Origin: an uncultured Holophagales bacterium
Lineage (GTDB): Bacteria > Acidobacteriota > Thermoanaerobaculia > UBA5066
DNA: 64,000 nucleotides
Assembly (NCBI GenBank): GCA_963696015.1
Contig: CAVOJA010000006.1
Span: forward strand, 523 to 64,522
Direction: 5' to 3'
Of this stretch, positions 34,693 to 44,277 are shown piece after piece (position 1 is the first letter of the stretch; every line of letters starts with the position of its first letter). A program made the translations under genes and the position numbers. Below the pieces are notes generated by a model, which had not been told where the DNA came from, did no database searches, and worked only from the letters and a program-made list of their open reading frames with translations.

Positions 34693-37596
34693 TCACTGAC
34701 TGACGACCATCGGAACGTAGCTCCCGTCATTCGTCCCGCTGTCCCTGTCTTTTCCGTCGACGACGGTCGCGTAAGCGAAGAAGGCGTCGAAGCCCGAGAC
34801 GACCGTCATGTGGACGGACCCGTTCGTCGTGCTGCCGAGGACCCCGTCCAGCTGTTTCCACTGCCCTGGTGCGAGCGGCCCGACCGTCGTTTCGGAGACC
34901 CTCTGGCCCGTCGTGCCGCTGTAGACCTCGACGCGGACGGCGATCGCCTCGTTGAAAAGGCCGGCGTTGACGATGGCGAGATTCGATCTCGCGGCGGAGT
35001 TCTGCTGGAGGCCGAAGACCCACGCGTCGACGGCCGACTCCGCCCCCGCGAGGCTCGTGTAGAAGAGGCCGTACTGCCCGCCGATCGGTGCGGGCGCGCC
35101 GGTCCGCGCCCCGGACAGGCCGACCAGGAGGGACGTGTCGCTCGCGTAGGCGACCGAGAGCGCGCCGGCGTAGCCGCCGCCGCGCGGGCCGATCGTCGCG
35201 CCGGCGGCGCGGAGCTCCTGGAGGATGTCGGGGAAGATGGCCTGCTCGAAGGGGTTCAGCTCGACGTAGAAGAGGCCGGTCGAATCGCCGCTTCCGGCGA
35301 GCGATTCGACGTACTCGAGGAAGGCGTAGCCCGGCTCCTCCGAGAGGTTCGAGACGACGAGCTCGCTCCGGAACGTGGAAGTCTCGACGAGGACGGGGAC
35401 GGTCCCGAAGGCGTCGACGGTCTCGGTCGGAACCGCCGGCACGTACGAGCCATCCTGAGTGAGGTTGTCGTTGAAGACGGCGTACGCCGTGTATGGTTCG
35501 GTCCCGGACGTCTGCTCGATGAGGATCCAGCCGTCGACGTAGCCCGCGAGCTCGAGGATCCGGTCGATCTGCGTCCACTGCCCCGGCCCGAGCTCGATGT
35601 CCGATTCGATGTACTTGTACTCCGTCCCGTCGCCCTTGACGATGTTGACCTGGAGCCTGATCGTCCCGGCCGTCCCGGCGTTCGCGAGGGCGAGATTGCT
35701 CCGGTCGGCGGCGTCCTGGCGGAGTCCGACGATGACCGACTCGCCGTTCAGGAGCTGCGACGGCGTCAGAGCGGGGTACGAGAGGCCCGCGCGGCCGTTC
35801 CCGGAGGGCGTCGTCGTCCTCGCCCCGGCGAAGCCCGCGTCCTCGGAGGAAAGGCCCTCGAACCTCACGCGGAGCGTTCCGCCCTGGTTCGACCCGCCGC
35901 CCGGGATCGCGAGGCCCTTGCCCCGGAGGTAGGCGATGGCGTCGGGGAGGATGAGCTGCCGACCCGGCGCGAGCGTCTCGGTGACCGTCCCGCTCCCGGC
36001 CCCGCCCCCCAGGATGAGCGAGCCGGTGTAGGTCATCCGGACCGTGGCCGTCGAGGTCCCGCGGTTCGTCAGCGCGAGCTCGGAGCTGAAGCGGGCCCCT
36101 CCCTGGCCGGCGACGGCGAGGACGATCGGGACGAAGAGCGTCTGGGTCGCGGTCCCGCCGCCGGTCGGCTTGCCCGCGACGGTGACGGTCCGCTGCGTCT
36201 GGTTCGACGAGCCGCCGGCCGAGACGGCGAGGGTGACTGTGTAGCTGCCGGGGTTCGCGTACGTGTGCGACGGGCTCTTCGCCGTGGAGGTGTTCGACCC
36301 GCCGGAGGAGGGGTCGCCGAAGTTCCAGGAGTAGGTCGTCGGGCTCCCCCGCGAGGCGTCGACGAAGCCGACGGGCTGGCCGGCGAGCGGGCTGACCGGC
36401 GTCCACGAGAAGTCGGCGGTCACGGGCGTGCCTCCTCCCCCGCCCGAGAGGACGCGGAGGACCGCCCGCGGGTCGTGACCCACGATGAACCTGTCGTTCG
36501 AGGGCTTCCCCGCCTGCCAGGGCTGGTCCTCGGCGCCGTTCACGGTGACGATGGCGCCGACGTAGTACTCCCCGGCGGCCGTCCCGGCCGGGACGGAAAG
36601 TGGCGCGGTGTAGGCCCCTTCACCGTCGACGGGGACCGAGCCGACGGTGCCGTCGACGAGGACGACGTCTCCGGGTTGCGGGTACTGCCGTCCGCTGCTC
36701 TTCGGCCAGGCGTAGAAGGTGACGACGACGTTCGAGGCGGCCTGGTTGCCGACGTTCTGGAGCGTCCACTGGTCGGCGGTGAACGCCTCGCCCGGCGCGA
36801 CGGAGCTCTTCGAGATCGTCGCGTACTCCTGGGCGTACTTGTCGTTACCGTAGACGAGCGGGTAGATCGCGACGTCGAGGAGCGAGCCCGACCGCGAGGG
36901 GTATTCGGTTCTCACCGTCTTCGAGTCGATCCGCGTCACCCAGCGGGCCGCGTCGTCATTGGCATAGTTCATCACGGAGAAGCTGTTCGCACCCTGGTAC
37001 TCGAGCTGGAAGATGTGGTGCAGGCCGAGGGTGTGCCCTACCTCGTGGAGGACCGTCGCCTGGACCATCGCGAGTCCGCCGCGCTGGTCGTTCCCCGGAC
37101 TGAACCAGTCGGGGGTCCACCCTTCCCCGAAGCCCGCGTTGATGACGACGTCGGTCTCGGTGAAGGGGCCGCACCCCGTCGCAACGAACTCGCGGCACTC
37201 GTTGAAGTTCCCGAAGTTGTCGTCCGGGAACATGACGGCCCGACCGAAGAGGCCCGGTTCCATCTCGAAGCCGTAAAGCGCGTCGGACTCGGCCGGGGAG
37301 ATGAACGTGTTCACCTCGTTGATGCCGTTCCGCGAGCCGAGGGTGCTGCTCGAGTCGATCCTCACGTTGAAGAGGTTCACGTACCGGTTCCACTCGACGA
37401 GCATGTCGGCGGTGGCCTGCTTCTCGGCGGCGGAGGCGTTGCGTCCCCGGACCCAGTAGTCGCGGACGATCCCCGTCTGGTAGCCGCACCAGCACCCTTC
37501 GTCGTCGACCCAGCGGGCGTTGGCGCTCGCCTGGGCGAAGACGGGAGCGGGGGCGAGAAGCAGGAGGGCGGCGAGGGCGCGAAGCGTCGTCTTCAC
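34693..37596 (-). CDS. Secreted metzincin zinc metalloprotease with a PKD domain and the unassigned tandem C-terminal cassette
   Basis: Signal peptide (MKTTLRALAALLLLAPAPVFAQA). HExxHxxGxxH motif (VLHEVGHTLGLHH) with a downstream SVMNY (Met-turn). PKD-like segment (FSWTPVSPLAGQPVGFVDAS...WNFGD...HTYANPGSYTVTLAVS). Two cassette domains occupy about 34696-36140. Confidence 0.75.
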   Translation of the reverse strand: MKTTLRALAALLLLAPAPVFAQASANARWVDDEGCWCGYQTGIVRDYWVRGRNASAAEKQATADMLVEWNRYVNLFNVRIDSSSTLGSRNGINEVNTFISPAESDALYGFEMEPGLFGRAVMFPDDNFGNFNECREFVATGCGPFTETDVVINAGFGEGWTPDWFSPGNDQRGGLAMVQATVLHEVGHTLGLHHIFQLEYQGANSFSVMNYANDDAARWVTRIDSKTVRTEYPSRSGSLLDVAIYPLVYGNDKYAQEYATISKSSVAPGEAFTADQWTLQNVGNQAASNVVVTFYAWPKSSGRQYPQPGDVVLVDGTVGSVPVDGEGAYTAPLSVPAGTAAGEYYVGAIVTVNGAEDQPWQAGKPSNDRFIVGHDPRAVLRVLSGGGGGTPVTADFSWTPVSPLAGQPVGFVDASRGSPTTYSWNFGDPSSGGSNTSTAKSPSHTYANPGSYTVTLAVSAGGSSNQTQRTVTVAGKPTGGGTATQTLFVPIVLAVAGQGGARFSSELALTNRGTSTATVRMTYTGSLILGGGAGSGTVTETLAPGRQLILPDAIAYLRGKGLAIPGGGSNQGGTLRVRFEGLSSEDAGFAGARTTTPSGNGRAGLSYPALTPSQLLNGESVIVGLRQDAADRSNLALANAGTAGTIRLQVNIVKGDGTEYKYIESDIELGPGQWTQIDRILELAGYVDGWILIEQTSGTEPYTAYAVFNDNLTQDGSYVPAVPTETVDAFGTVPVLVETSTFRSELVVSNLSEEPGYAFLEYVESLAGSGDSTGLFYVELNPFEQAIFPDILQELRAAGATIGPRGGGYAGALSVAYASDTSLLVGLSGARTGAPAPIGGQYGLFYTSLAGAESAVDAWVFGLQQNSAARSNLAIVNAGLFNEAIAVRVEVYSGTTGQRVSETTVGPLAPGQWKQLDGVLGSTTNGSVHMTVVSGFDAFFAYATVVDGKDRDSGTNDGSYVPMVVSQ

Positions 37597-37600
37597 GATC

Positions 37601-38356
37601 TCACCTCTCCGCCGGCTTCAGGAGGCTCGCGACGTGTTCCTTCAGCGAGGTCACCGTCACCGTCGCCCCGTCGATGCGGACCGGCGTCGCGTTCCGCGGC
37701 TTCGTCACCCGCACGGGAACCTTCGTGACGACGTTCCCGGCGGCGTCGCGGTAGACCGGCTCGGGTATCTTCTTCGGGCTGGCGGCCGGCGGCCGCATCG
37801 CCATCTCCCGATCGGAGACGAGGCGGACGATGCCGGGGAGGGCGGCGGGCTCCGAGGGGCGTCCTCGGCGGAGTCGGCCCGAGGTATCCCGTTCGAGCCT
37901 GCGTCCCTCGACGTCGATCAGGAGCGTCTCGCCGCTCGCCTCCTCGATCACCTCCCGGAACATCCCCTGCTCGGTCCCGACGACCGGGGAAGCAAAGCGG
38001 TGATCGTTGCCGTAGGCCGAAACGACGTAGGTCCCGCCCGCTTCGAAGCTCGGGACGTGGGAGAGCTGGATCGACCTGCCGTCGAGCGTCCCGCCCGCGA
38101 CGCGGACGACCCGCCGGGTCACGCCCTCCCCTTTCCACGTCTCGCGCACGTCGAACGTGTACTCGGTCCAGATCATCTTCTTCCCTTCCCCCCAGACGGC
38201 TCGGGTCGAGACGACCTTTCCGACGAAGACCGCCTCGCCCTGGGTGAACACCTCGTCGAGGGGCACCTCGCGCGAGAGCGCGGCCGCGGGCGGCGCGGAA
38301 ATGAAAGCGAGGACGAGAGAGCTCGTCCAAGGAGAGAAACAGAGGCGTCGCATCAT
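37601..38356 (-). CDS. Secreted hypothetical protein co-transcribed with the metzincin
   Basis: ATG at 38356 with AAAGGAGGGA upstream. Signal peptide (MMRRLCFSPWTSSLVLAFISAPPAAA). It ends 4 nt before the metzincin start. I recognise no family. Confidence 0.6.
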   Translation of the reverse strand: MMRRLCFSPWTSSLVLAFISAPPAAALSREVPLDEVFTQGEAVFVGKVVSTRAVWGEGKKMIWTEYTFDVRETWKGEGVTRRVVRVAGGTLDGRSIQLSHVPSFEAGGTYVVSAYGNDHRFASPVVGTEQGMFREVIEEASGETLLIDVEGRRLERDTSGRLRRGRPSEPAALPGIVRLVSDREMAMRPPAASPKKIPEPVYRDAAGNVVTKVPVRVTKPRNATPVRIDGATVTVTSLKEHVASLLKPAER

Positions 38357-38545
38357 GACGTCCCTCCTTTCCGGGGGTTCATTTGTGTTCTGAGCCAGAC
38401 AGTCTAGGACCGCGGGCGCCCCCCGTCGGTGTCTCCGCTCATGTTGCGGGTCGCGGCCCGTCGCGCCGGAGGCGGGGAAGGGCGGAGGCATGGAACGACG
38501 GGGGGCGCCGCCAACCCACGGAGGACGAAAGGTACGAACGGCCGG

Positions 38546-39850
38546 TTAGCCGCCCGCCACCGTTCCCGGCTCGCCCCGGTGCAGCTCTTCGAACGTCCCG
38601 CGCTTGCGAATGACGCGAACTTCGTCGCCGTCGACGAGGACCTCGGCCGGAAGCGGTCGGGCGTTGTACTCGCTCGCCATCGCGAAGCCGTAGGCGCCGG
38701 CGTCGAGGAAGACGACGAGGTCGCCCGCCTCGGGCATCGGGAGGAGCCTCCCCTCGGCGAGGATGTCCCCCGTCTCGCAGACGTCGCCGGCGACGTCGAG
38801 GGTCATGGGCGTGGCCGTCTTCCCCACGACGCGGACGCGGTGCTGGGCGCCGTAGAGGGCCGGCCGCATGAGGGTGTTGAAGCCGGCGTCGACGTTGACG
38901 AACGTCTTCACCGGGGTGGTCTTGACGGAGTTGACGCGGGCGACCAGGAGACCCGCCTGCGCGACGAGGAACCGTCCCGGCTCGATCCAGAGCTCCGGCT
39001 CGTCGCCGAGGAGAGCGATCTCCTCTTCCCAGATCGGCTTCAGCGCCTTTGCGAGCTCCTCGGGGCTCATCACGGTCCGGCCGTCCTCGAAGGGGATTCC
39101 GAGGCCGCCGCCGAGGTCGACGAAGGAGAGGCGGATGCCGAGGTCCTCCTTCAGGTCGCGGACGAAGGCGAGCATCTTCCGGGCGGCCTCCTCGTACGCG
39201 TCGGTCGCGGTGATCTGCGAGCCGATGTGGCAGTGGATACCGGCGATCGCGAGCCCCGGGAGAGCTTTTGCCGTCTCGTACCCCTTCCGCGCGATTCCTC
39301 CGTCGAGGTGGACGCCGAACTTCGATTCGGCGCAGCCGGTGTTGATCTGGTGAAGGGTGTCGGGATCGACTCCGGGGTTGATCCGGAAGGAGATGCGGGC
39401 GGTGGTCCCGAGGCGCGTCGCCGCGGCGGAGACCTGCGCGAGCTCGTCGAGGTTGTCGACGTTCAGGATGACGTCGTGCCCGAGGGAGAAGTCGATCTCG
39501 GACGGGCTCTTGGAGGACGACGAGAAGAGGACGTCGCTCCCTCTCGCTCCGGCGAGGAGGGCGGCGCGAATCTCTCCCTCGGAGACGACCTCGGGGGCGA
39601 GTCCCTCGGAGAGGACGAGCCGCACGATCTCGACGTTCGTATTCGCCTTCAGGGCGTATCGGACTCTCAGCTTCGGAAAGCGCGGGGCGAAGGCGGCCCT
39701 CATGGCGCGGGCCTGTTCACGGATCGTCTCCGCGTCGTAGACGTAAAGGGGCGTGCCGTGCGCGGCGGCGAGCCGCGTGAAGGCGGCGACGGCAGCCGGG
39801 TGAGCGGCCTCGCCGGCGCGGGCGTGGAGGAGACCCTCGCGGAGAGTCAC
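38546..39850 (-). CDS. lysA: Diaminopimelate decarboxylase
   Basis: Contains GTPLYVYD, YALKANTN (PLP Lys), HCHIGSQ, GGGLGIP, EPGRF and CETGD motifs. GTG start at 39850 with GGAGG upstream. The long upstream ORF extension is implausible. Confidence 0.9.
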   Translation of the reverse strand: MTLREGLLHARAGEAAHPAAVAAFTRLAAAHGTPLYVYDAETIREQARAMRAAFAPRFPKLRVRYALKANTNVEIVRLVLSEGLAPEVVSEGEIRAALLAGARGSDVLFSSSSKSPSEIDFSLGHDVILNVDNLDELAQVSAAATRLGTTARISFRINPGVDPDTLHQINTGCAESKFGVHLDGGIARKGYETAKALPGLAIAGIHCHIGSQITATDAYEEAARKMLAFVRDLKEDLGIRLSFVDLGGGLGIPFEDGRTVMSPEELAKALKPIWEEEIALLGDEPELWIEPGRFLVAQAGLLVARVNSVKTTPVKTFVNVDAGFNTLMRPALYGAQHRVRVVGKTATPMTLDVAGDVCETGDILAEGRLLPMPEAGDLVVFLDAGAYGFAMASEYNARPLPAEVLVDGDEVRVIRKRGTFEELHRGEPGTVAGG

Positions 39851-40001
39851 GGGGTCCTCCGCGCTGGAAGAGTCGGGGACGGAAGGAGGCGGAGGAGGGC
39901 CGGGGCAGCGGTGTGGAGCGAAGGATGACTGCTCATGGGACGTCGTCCGATTCTGCGGCCGCGGAGGGTCGCGGTCCAGACGCGGCGCATAGAATCGCCG
40001 G

Positions 40002-41060
40002 GTGAAGACCCGCCGCAGCCTCCTCGCCGATGCCGCCTTCGCCTCGGCCTTCCTGGCTCTCCCGCGCTCCGCCCGCGCCGCGGCGTCCCCCGCGGGGCCC
40101 GTCCGCCCGAAGGCGCTCGCCCCCGGGGCGCGGGTGGCGCTCGTCTCCCCCGCGAGCCCCGAGGAAGAGCCCGAGGGGATCGTCATCGCCGAGGAGATCG
40201 TCGCCTCGCTCGGCCTCGTCCCGAAGAGAATGCCGGCGGCGGCCCGACAGACGATGTACCTCGCCGGGACCGACGAGGAGCGGGCGGCCGATCTGAACGC
40301 GGCGTTCCGCGACTCGTCGGTCGACGCGGTCTGGTGCGTCCGGGGGGGGTACGGATCCGGAAGGCTTCTGCCGCTTCTCGACTGGGAGGCGATCCGGAAG
40401 AACCCGAAGCCCCTCCTCGGCTTCAGCGACATCACGGCGCTCCTGAACGGCCTCTACGCGAAGACGGGCCTCGTGACGTTCCACGCGCCGAACTGCTCGT
40501 CGAACCTCTCCGAGTACTCCCTCGCCGAGCTCAAGAGGGTCGTCTTCTCGACGGAGCCCGCGGGCGTCATCGCTGCGGCGCCCCCGGTCGAGCTGCGGGA
40601 GGGCTTCGTCGACCGCGACGACCGGCTGCGCCGGATCGTTCCCGGCACGGGGCGCGGCCGGCTCGTGGGCGGGAACATCAGCGTTTTCTCGATGCTCGTC
40701 GGGACGCCGTGGGAGCCGCCCCTGGCGGGGTCGATTCTCTTCCTCGAGGAGGTCGGCGAGGATCCGTACCGGATCGACCGCTGGCTGACGCACTTCGTCC
40801 TGACGGGGCGTCTCGAAAAGTGCACCGGGATCGTCTTCGGGAAGTTCAAGGACTGCGGCCCACGGGACGAGGGGAGCTTCCAGGGATCCTGGACGTGGCA
40901 GTCGGTCGTCGCCGACCGCCTCGGCAAGCTCGGTGTTCCGATTCTCGCCGGCCTGCGGTTCGGGCACGTGACCGACAAGTCGACCCTTCCCGTCGGCGTC
41001 CTGGCGGAGCTGGACGTGGCGAAGGGGACGCTCACCCTCCTCGAGCCCGCGGTCTCCTGA
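40002..41060 (+). CDS. LD-carboxypeptidase (peptidase S66, LdcA-like) with a Tat-type signal
   Basis: Start MKTRRSLLADAAFASAFLALPRSARA. S66 features are present: GFSDITAL (nucleophile Ser), FLEEVGE and GHV. Confidence 0.85.
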   Translation: MKTRRSLLADAAFASAFLALPRSARAAASPAGPVRPKALAPGARVALVSPASPEEEPEGIVIAEEIVASLGLVPKRMPAAARQTMYLAGTDEERAADLNAAFRDSSVDAVWCVRGGYGSGRLLPLLDWEAIRKNPKPLLGFSDITALLNGLYAKTGLVTFHAPNCSSNLSEYSLAELKRVVFSTEPAGVIAAAPPVELREGFVDRDDRLRRIVPGTGRGRLVGGNISVFSMLVGTPWEPPLAGSILFLEEVGEDPYRIDRWLTHFVLTGRLEKCTGIVFGKFKDCGPRDEGSFQGSWTWQSVVADRLGKLGVPILAGLRFGHVTDKSTLPVGVLAELDVAKGTLTLLEPAVS

Positions 41061-41062
41061 CG

Positions 41063-42817
41063 ATGACGGGGCCGGCACGCCTCGCGCGACGAGCCGTCCT
41101 CGTCCTCCTTGCGGCATCCGCCGTGCGGACTCTGGCGGCGGGTGCGGACCTCGTCGCGCCGGTGCTGCGGGCGGACGCGATGCCTGGACCGGACCCCGCG
41201 GGCCTGCCGATGGTCCTGTCGAGCGGCTGGAGGGCGGCCGACGGCGATCCGCCCGACGGGGTCGCCGGGATCGACCGCCTCGACTTCCGCCCGGCCGACG
41301 CGCTCGAGGACCAGGCGCCGCGCGAGGGAGTCCGCTGGTACCGGGTCCTCGTGGACCTTTCGCCGTTCGTCGGTCAGCCCCTCGCCTTCGCCGTGCCCGG
41401 GATCCGGGACGTGGACGAGGTCTGGTTCGACGGGGTGAGGATCGGCGGTCTCGGAGGGTTTCCGCCCACGTCGGATACGGCTCACTTCGTTTCGCGCCTC
41501 TACCCGCTTCCGACGGACCGGGTCGACTCCGCGGGGCCCCGCGAGCTGGTTCTCAGGGTCTGGCACGGGAAGAGGGACGGGAGCGTCTTCCGGGGGCTGC
41601 CGGTCATCGCGAGGCTGGACCGCCTCGAGAGCGAGCGGTCGCTGCACGACCAGAGCCTCGTTCTCTTCCTCGGCGCGTCGTTCGTCGTGTCGGTTCTCCT
41701 GGTCCTCTTCGCGTTCCACGCGAGGAGCCCCGCCGACTACCTCCTCTTCGCCGGCTTCGCCACGGCGCTCGGCCTGTACCTGATGCTCGGCCATTCGGTC
41801 TGGAGCGACTCGCCGGTTCCTCTTTCGGCCGTCTTCCGGGGCGGCATCGTCGTCCTCGTGGCGACGGCGATCTGCTACTGCGCGGCGATGCTCCGGTTCC
41901 TCGGGGCCGGGCTCCCGCCCGGCTACCGCCTGCTCCTTCCCGCCTTCGCCGTCCTCGGTGTCGTGGCTCCCGTCGTCCCGGGGATCGAGAGCTTCGTCGT
42001 CCCGCTGCAGGTTTTCAGGTGGTGCTTCGCGGCTCTCCTCCTCGACCTGCTCGTCCGGTTCGGTACCGCCGCGTGGCGCGGCCGCCGGAGCGCGAGGACC
42101 GATCTCGCGGGCCACGTGTCGTTCCTCCTGGCGGTCGTCCCCATCGCGGGCCTCGTCCCGGGAACGGGACCCGCGGATCTCGACCCTGCGTGGCGCGTCG
42201 TCCTCCTGGGCCTCCTCTTCCTCTGCCTCGCGTCCACCGTCCTCTGGCGGATGTCGGAAGAGGTGAGGCGCTACCGGCTCGCGGGACTGACCGACCCGGG
42301 GACGCGTCTCTGGAACCGCGATGCGCTGTACGGCGAGATCGCGGAGCGGGGGGACGTGTTCCGGAGGGGCAAGGGGCGGGGCTTCGGGCTCCTCCTCGCC
42401 GACGTCGACCGTTTCAAGGAGTGGAACGACGCGAGGGGCCACCTGGCCGGAGACCGCCTCCTCCTGGGTGCTGCGCGCGCCCTCCTCGATGCGTCTCGCC
42501 CGCAGGACTTCGTCGCGCGCTACGGCGGCGACGAGTACGCAGTGGTCGTCGGAGACGTGGACGGGGAGACGCTCCCGGCGCTCGCCTCGCGGTTGAGAGA
42601 TGCTCTGGGCGCGGCGCTTTCCGAGGAGACGGACGGCGTTCTCTCGAGCGCGTCGATCGGGACGGAGCTCTTCGACGGAGCCCGCCACCGGACGCCGGAG
42701 GACCTCCTGCGCGACGCCGACCGGAAGCTGTACGAGGCGAAGGAAGGACTCCGCGCGGGGCACCCGGTGCGGACGGCCCGGCAGACCCCGTCGGGGAAGT
42801 GGTCCGTCCGCCTCTAG
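41063..42817 (+). CDS. Diguanylate cyclase with a periplasmic sensor domain and a 7-TM module (7TMR-DISM-like architecture)
   Basis: Signal/anchor, then a periplasmic region of about 190 aa and about seven hydrophobic helices. The GGDEF domain has an RYGGDEY active-site variant, with RPQD (an RxxD I-site) five residues upstream. Confidence 0.85.
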   Translation: MTGPARLARRAVLVLLAASAVRTLAAGADLVAPVLRADAMPGPDPAGLPMVLSSGWRAADGDPPDGVAGIDRLDFRPADALEDQAPREGVRWYRVLVDLSPFVGQPLAFAVPGIRDVDEVWFDGVRIGGLGGFPPTSDTAHFVSRLYPLPTDRVDSAGPRELVLRVWHGKRDGSVFRGLPVIARLDRLESERSLHDQSLVLFLGASFVVSVLLVLFAFHARSPADYLLFAGFATALGLYLMLGHSVWSDSPVPLSAVFRGGIVVLVATAICYCAAMLRFLGAGLPPGYRLLLPAFAVLGVVAPVVPGIESFVVPLQVFRWCFAALLLDLLVRFGTAAWRGRRSARTDLAGHVSFLLAVVPIAGLVPGTGPADLDPAWRVVLLGLLFLCLASTVLWRMSEEVRRYRLAGLTDPGTRLWNRDALYGEIAERGDVFRRGKGRGFGLLLADVDRFKEWNDARGHLAGDRLLLGAARALLDASRPQDFVARYGGDEYAVVVGDVDGETLPALASRLRDALGAALSEETDGVLSSASIGTELFDGARHRTPEDLLRDADRKLYEAKEGLRAGHPVRTARQTPSGKWSVRL

Positions 42818-42840
42818 CGGATTCCGTACACTCCCGGCCC

Positions 42841-44277
42841 GTGACCGCACGCCGCCGGAGCCTTCCAGGATTCGCCGCCCTCTTCCTCGCCGCCCCGCTC
42901 GCCGCTCCCGTCCTTGCCGGGAGCGCCGTCGACCCCCTCCCGACCGAGACGCGCGTGGCCGTCGCCGCGCTCGCCGCGAAGGGCTCCTCTCCGACCCGCG
43001 CGACCGAGTGGGTCCGGCGGCTCACGGACGAGGTGGGGCCGCGCCTCGCCGGCTCGCCGGGTGACCGGGCGGCGGTCGCGTGGGGGCAGGCCCTCCTGCG
43101 CGAGCTCGGCTTCGCGAAGGTCCGCGCCGAGGAGGTCTCGGTGTCGGCCTGGGAACGGGGCGTCGAGACGGCGGTCGTCGTCTCGCCATATCCTCAAAAG
43201 CTCGTCGTCACGGCGCTGGGAGGGAGCGTCGGAACGCCGCCGGAGGGGATCACGGCGCCCGTCGTCGAGATGAAGACCCTCGAGGCGCTCGAGGAGGCGG
43301 TGGAGGCCGACCCCGACGCGGTGCGCGGAAAGATCGTCTTTTTCAGCCGCCGGATGGCGAGGTCCGGAGAGGGGCCGGGCTACGGTGCGAACGTCCCGAT
43401 GCGCTCCTCCGGCGCCGCGAAGGCCGGGCCCCACGGCGCGCTCGCCGTCCTCGTCCGGTCCATCGGGACGTCGACGAGCCGGTTCGCGCACACGGGCTCG
43501 ACGGACTACGCCGGCGGGGGGCCGCGAATTCCCGCGGCGGCCGTCTCGAACGCCGATGCCGACCTTCTCGAGCGTCTCCTCGCCCGGGGCCCCGTGAGGG
43601 TAACGGTCGTCCTCGGCTGTCGCCCGCATCCCCCGTCCACGTCGGCGAACGTCATCGGCGAAATCCCTGGGCGCGAGGAACCCGACGAGGTCGTCGTCGT
43701 CTCGGGTCACCTCGATTCCTGGGACCTCGGGACGGGCGCCATCGACGACGGCGCCGGGTGCGCCATCGCGATCGAGGCGGCGCGACTGATCGCAGAGAGC
43801 CCTCGCAGGCCACGGCGGACGATCCGCGTCGTCCTCTTCGCGAACGAGGAGAGCGGTCTGGCGGGCGGCAAGGGCTACGCTGCCCGACACGCCGGCGAGC
43901 TGCCGAAGCATGCCGGTGCCTTCGAGGCCGACAGCGGAACCGGCGCACCGACGGGCTTTTCCTGGAATGCGGCCGACACCGTCGAGCCGGCGCTCACCGC
44001 CGTGGCGAAGCTCCTCGAGCCGCTCGGCGCAGGGACGCTCCAGAAGGGTGGCAGCGGTGGGGCCGACCTCTCGCCGATGGCCCCGGCGGGGGTGCCGCTC
44101 TTCGGCCTGAGACAGGAGACGGGGCGCTATTTCGACTTTCACCACACGGCCGACGACACGTTCGACAAGATCGAACCGGCCTCGCTCGACGAGGCGGCGG
44201 CGGCGCTCGCCGCGATGGCCTACGCGGTGGCCGATCTCCCCGGAGTTCACGCCCTGCCCGGTCCCGAGTCGAGATGA
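42841..44277 (+). CDS. M28 family metallopeptidase (aminopeptidase-like), exported
   Basis: GTG start giving VTARRRSLPGFAALFLAAPLAAPVLAGS. M28 motifs are present: SGHLDSWDLGTGAIDDGAG, FANEESGLAGGKGY and HHTADD. Confidence 0.8.
   Translation: MTARRRSLPGFAALFLAAPLAAPVLAGSAVDPLPTETRVAVAALAAKGSSPTRATEWVRRLTDEVGPRLAGSPGDRAAVAWGQALLRELGFAKVRAEEVSVSAWERGVETAVVVSPYPQKLVVTALGGSVGTPPEGITAPVVEMKTLEALEEAVEADPDAVRGKIVFFSRRMARSGEGPGYGANVPMRSSGAAKAGPHGALAVLVRSIGTSTSRFAHTGSTDYAGGGPRIPAAAVSNADADLLERLLARGPVRVTVVLGCRPHPPSTSANVIGEIPGREEPDEVVVVSGHLDSWDLGTGAIDDGAGCAIAIEAARLIAESPRRPRRTIRVVLFANEESGLAGGKGYAARHAGELPKHAGAFEADSGTGAPTGFSWNAADTVEPALTAVAKLLEPLGAGTLQKGGSGGADLSPMAPAGVPLFGLRQETGRYFDFHHTADDTFDKIEPASLDEAAAALAAMAYAVADLPGVHALPGPESR

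Noticed and set aside
39851-39940. A 29-codon upstream ORF (MSSHPSLHTAAPALLRLLPSPTLPARRTP) whose TGA overlaps the lysA GTG start, which could be a leader peptide.
   Set aside because: There is no convincing RBS, and there are no Lys codons, which a lysine-sensing attenuation leader would be expected to contain. The composition looks like off-frame GC-rich sequence, and it cannot be distinguished from chance.
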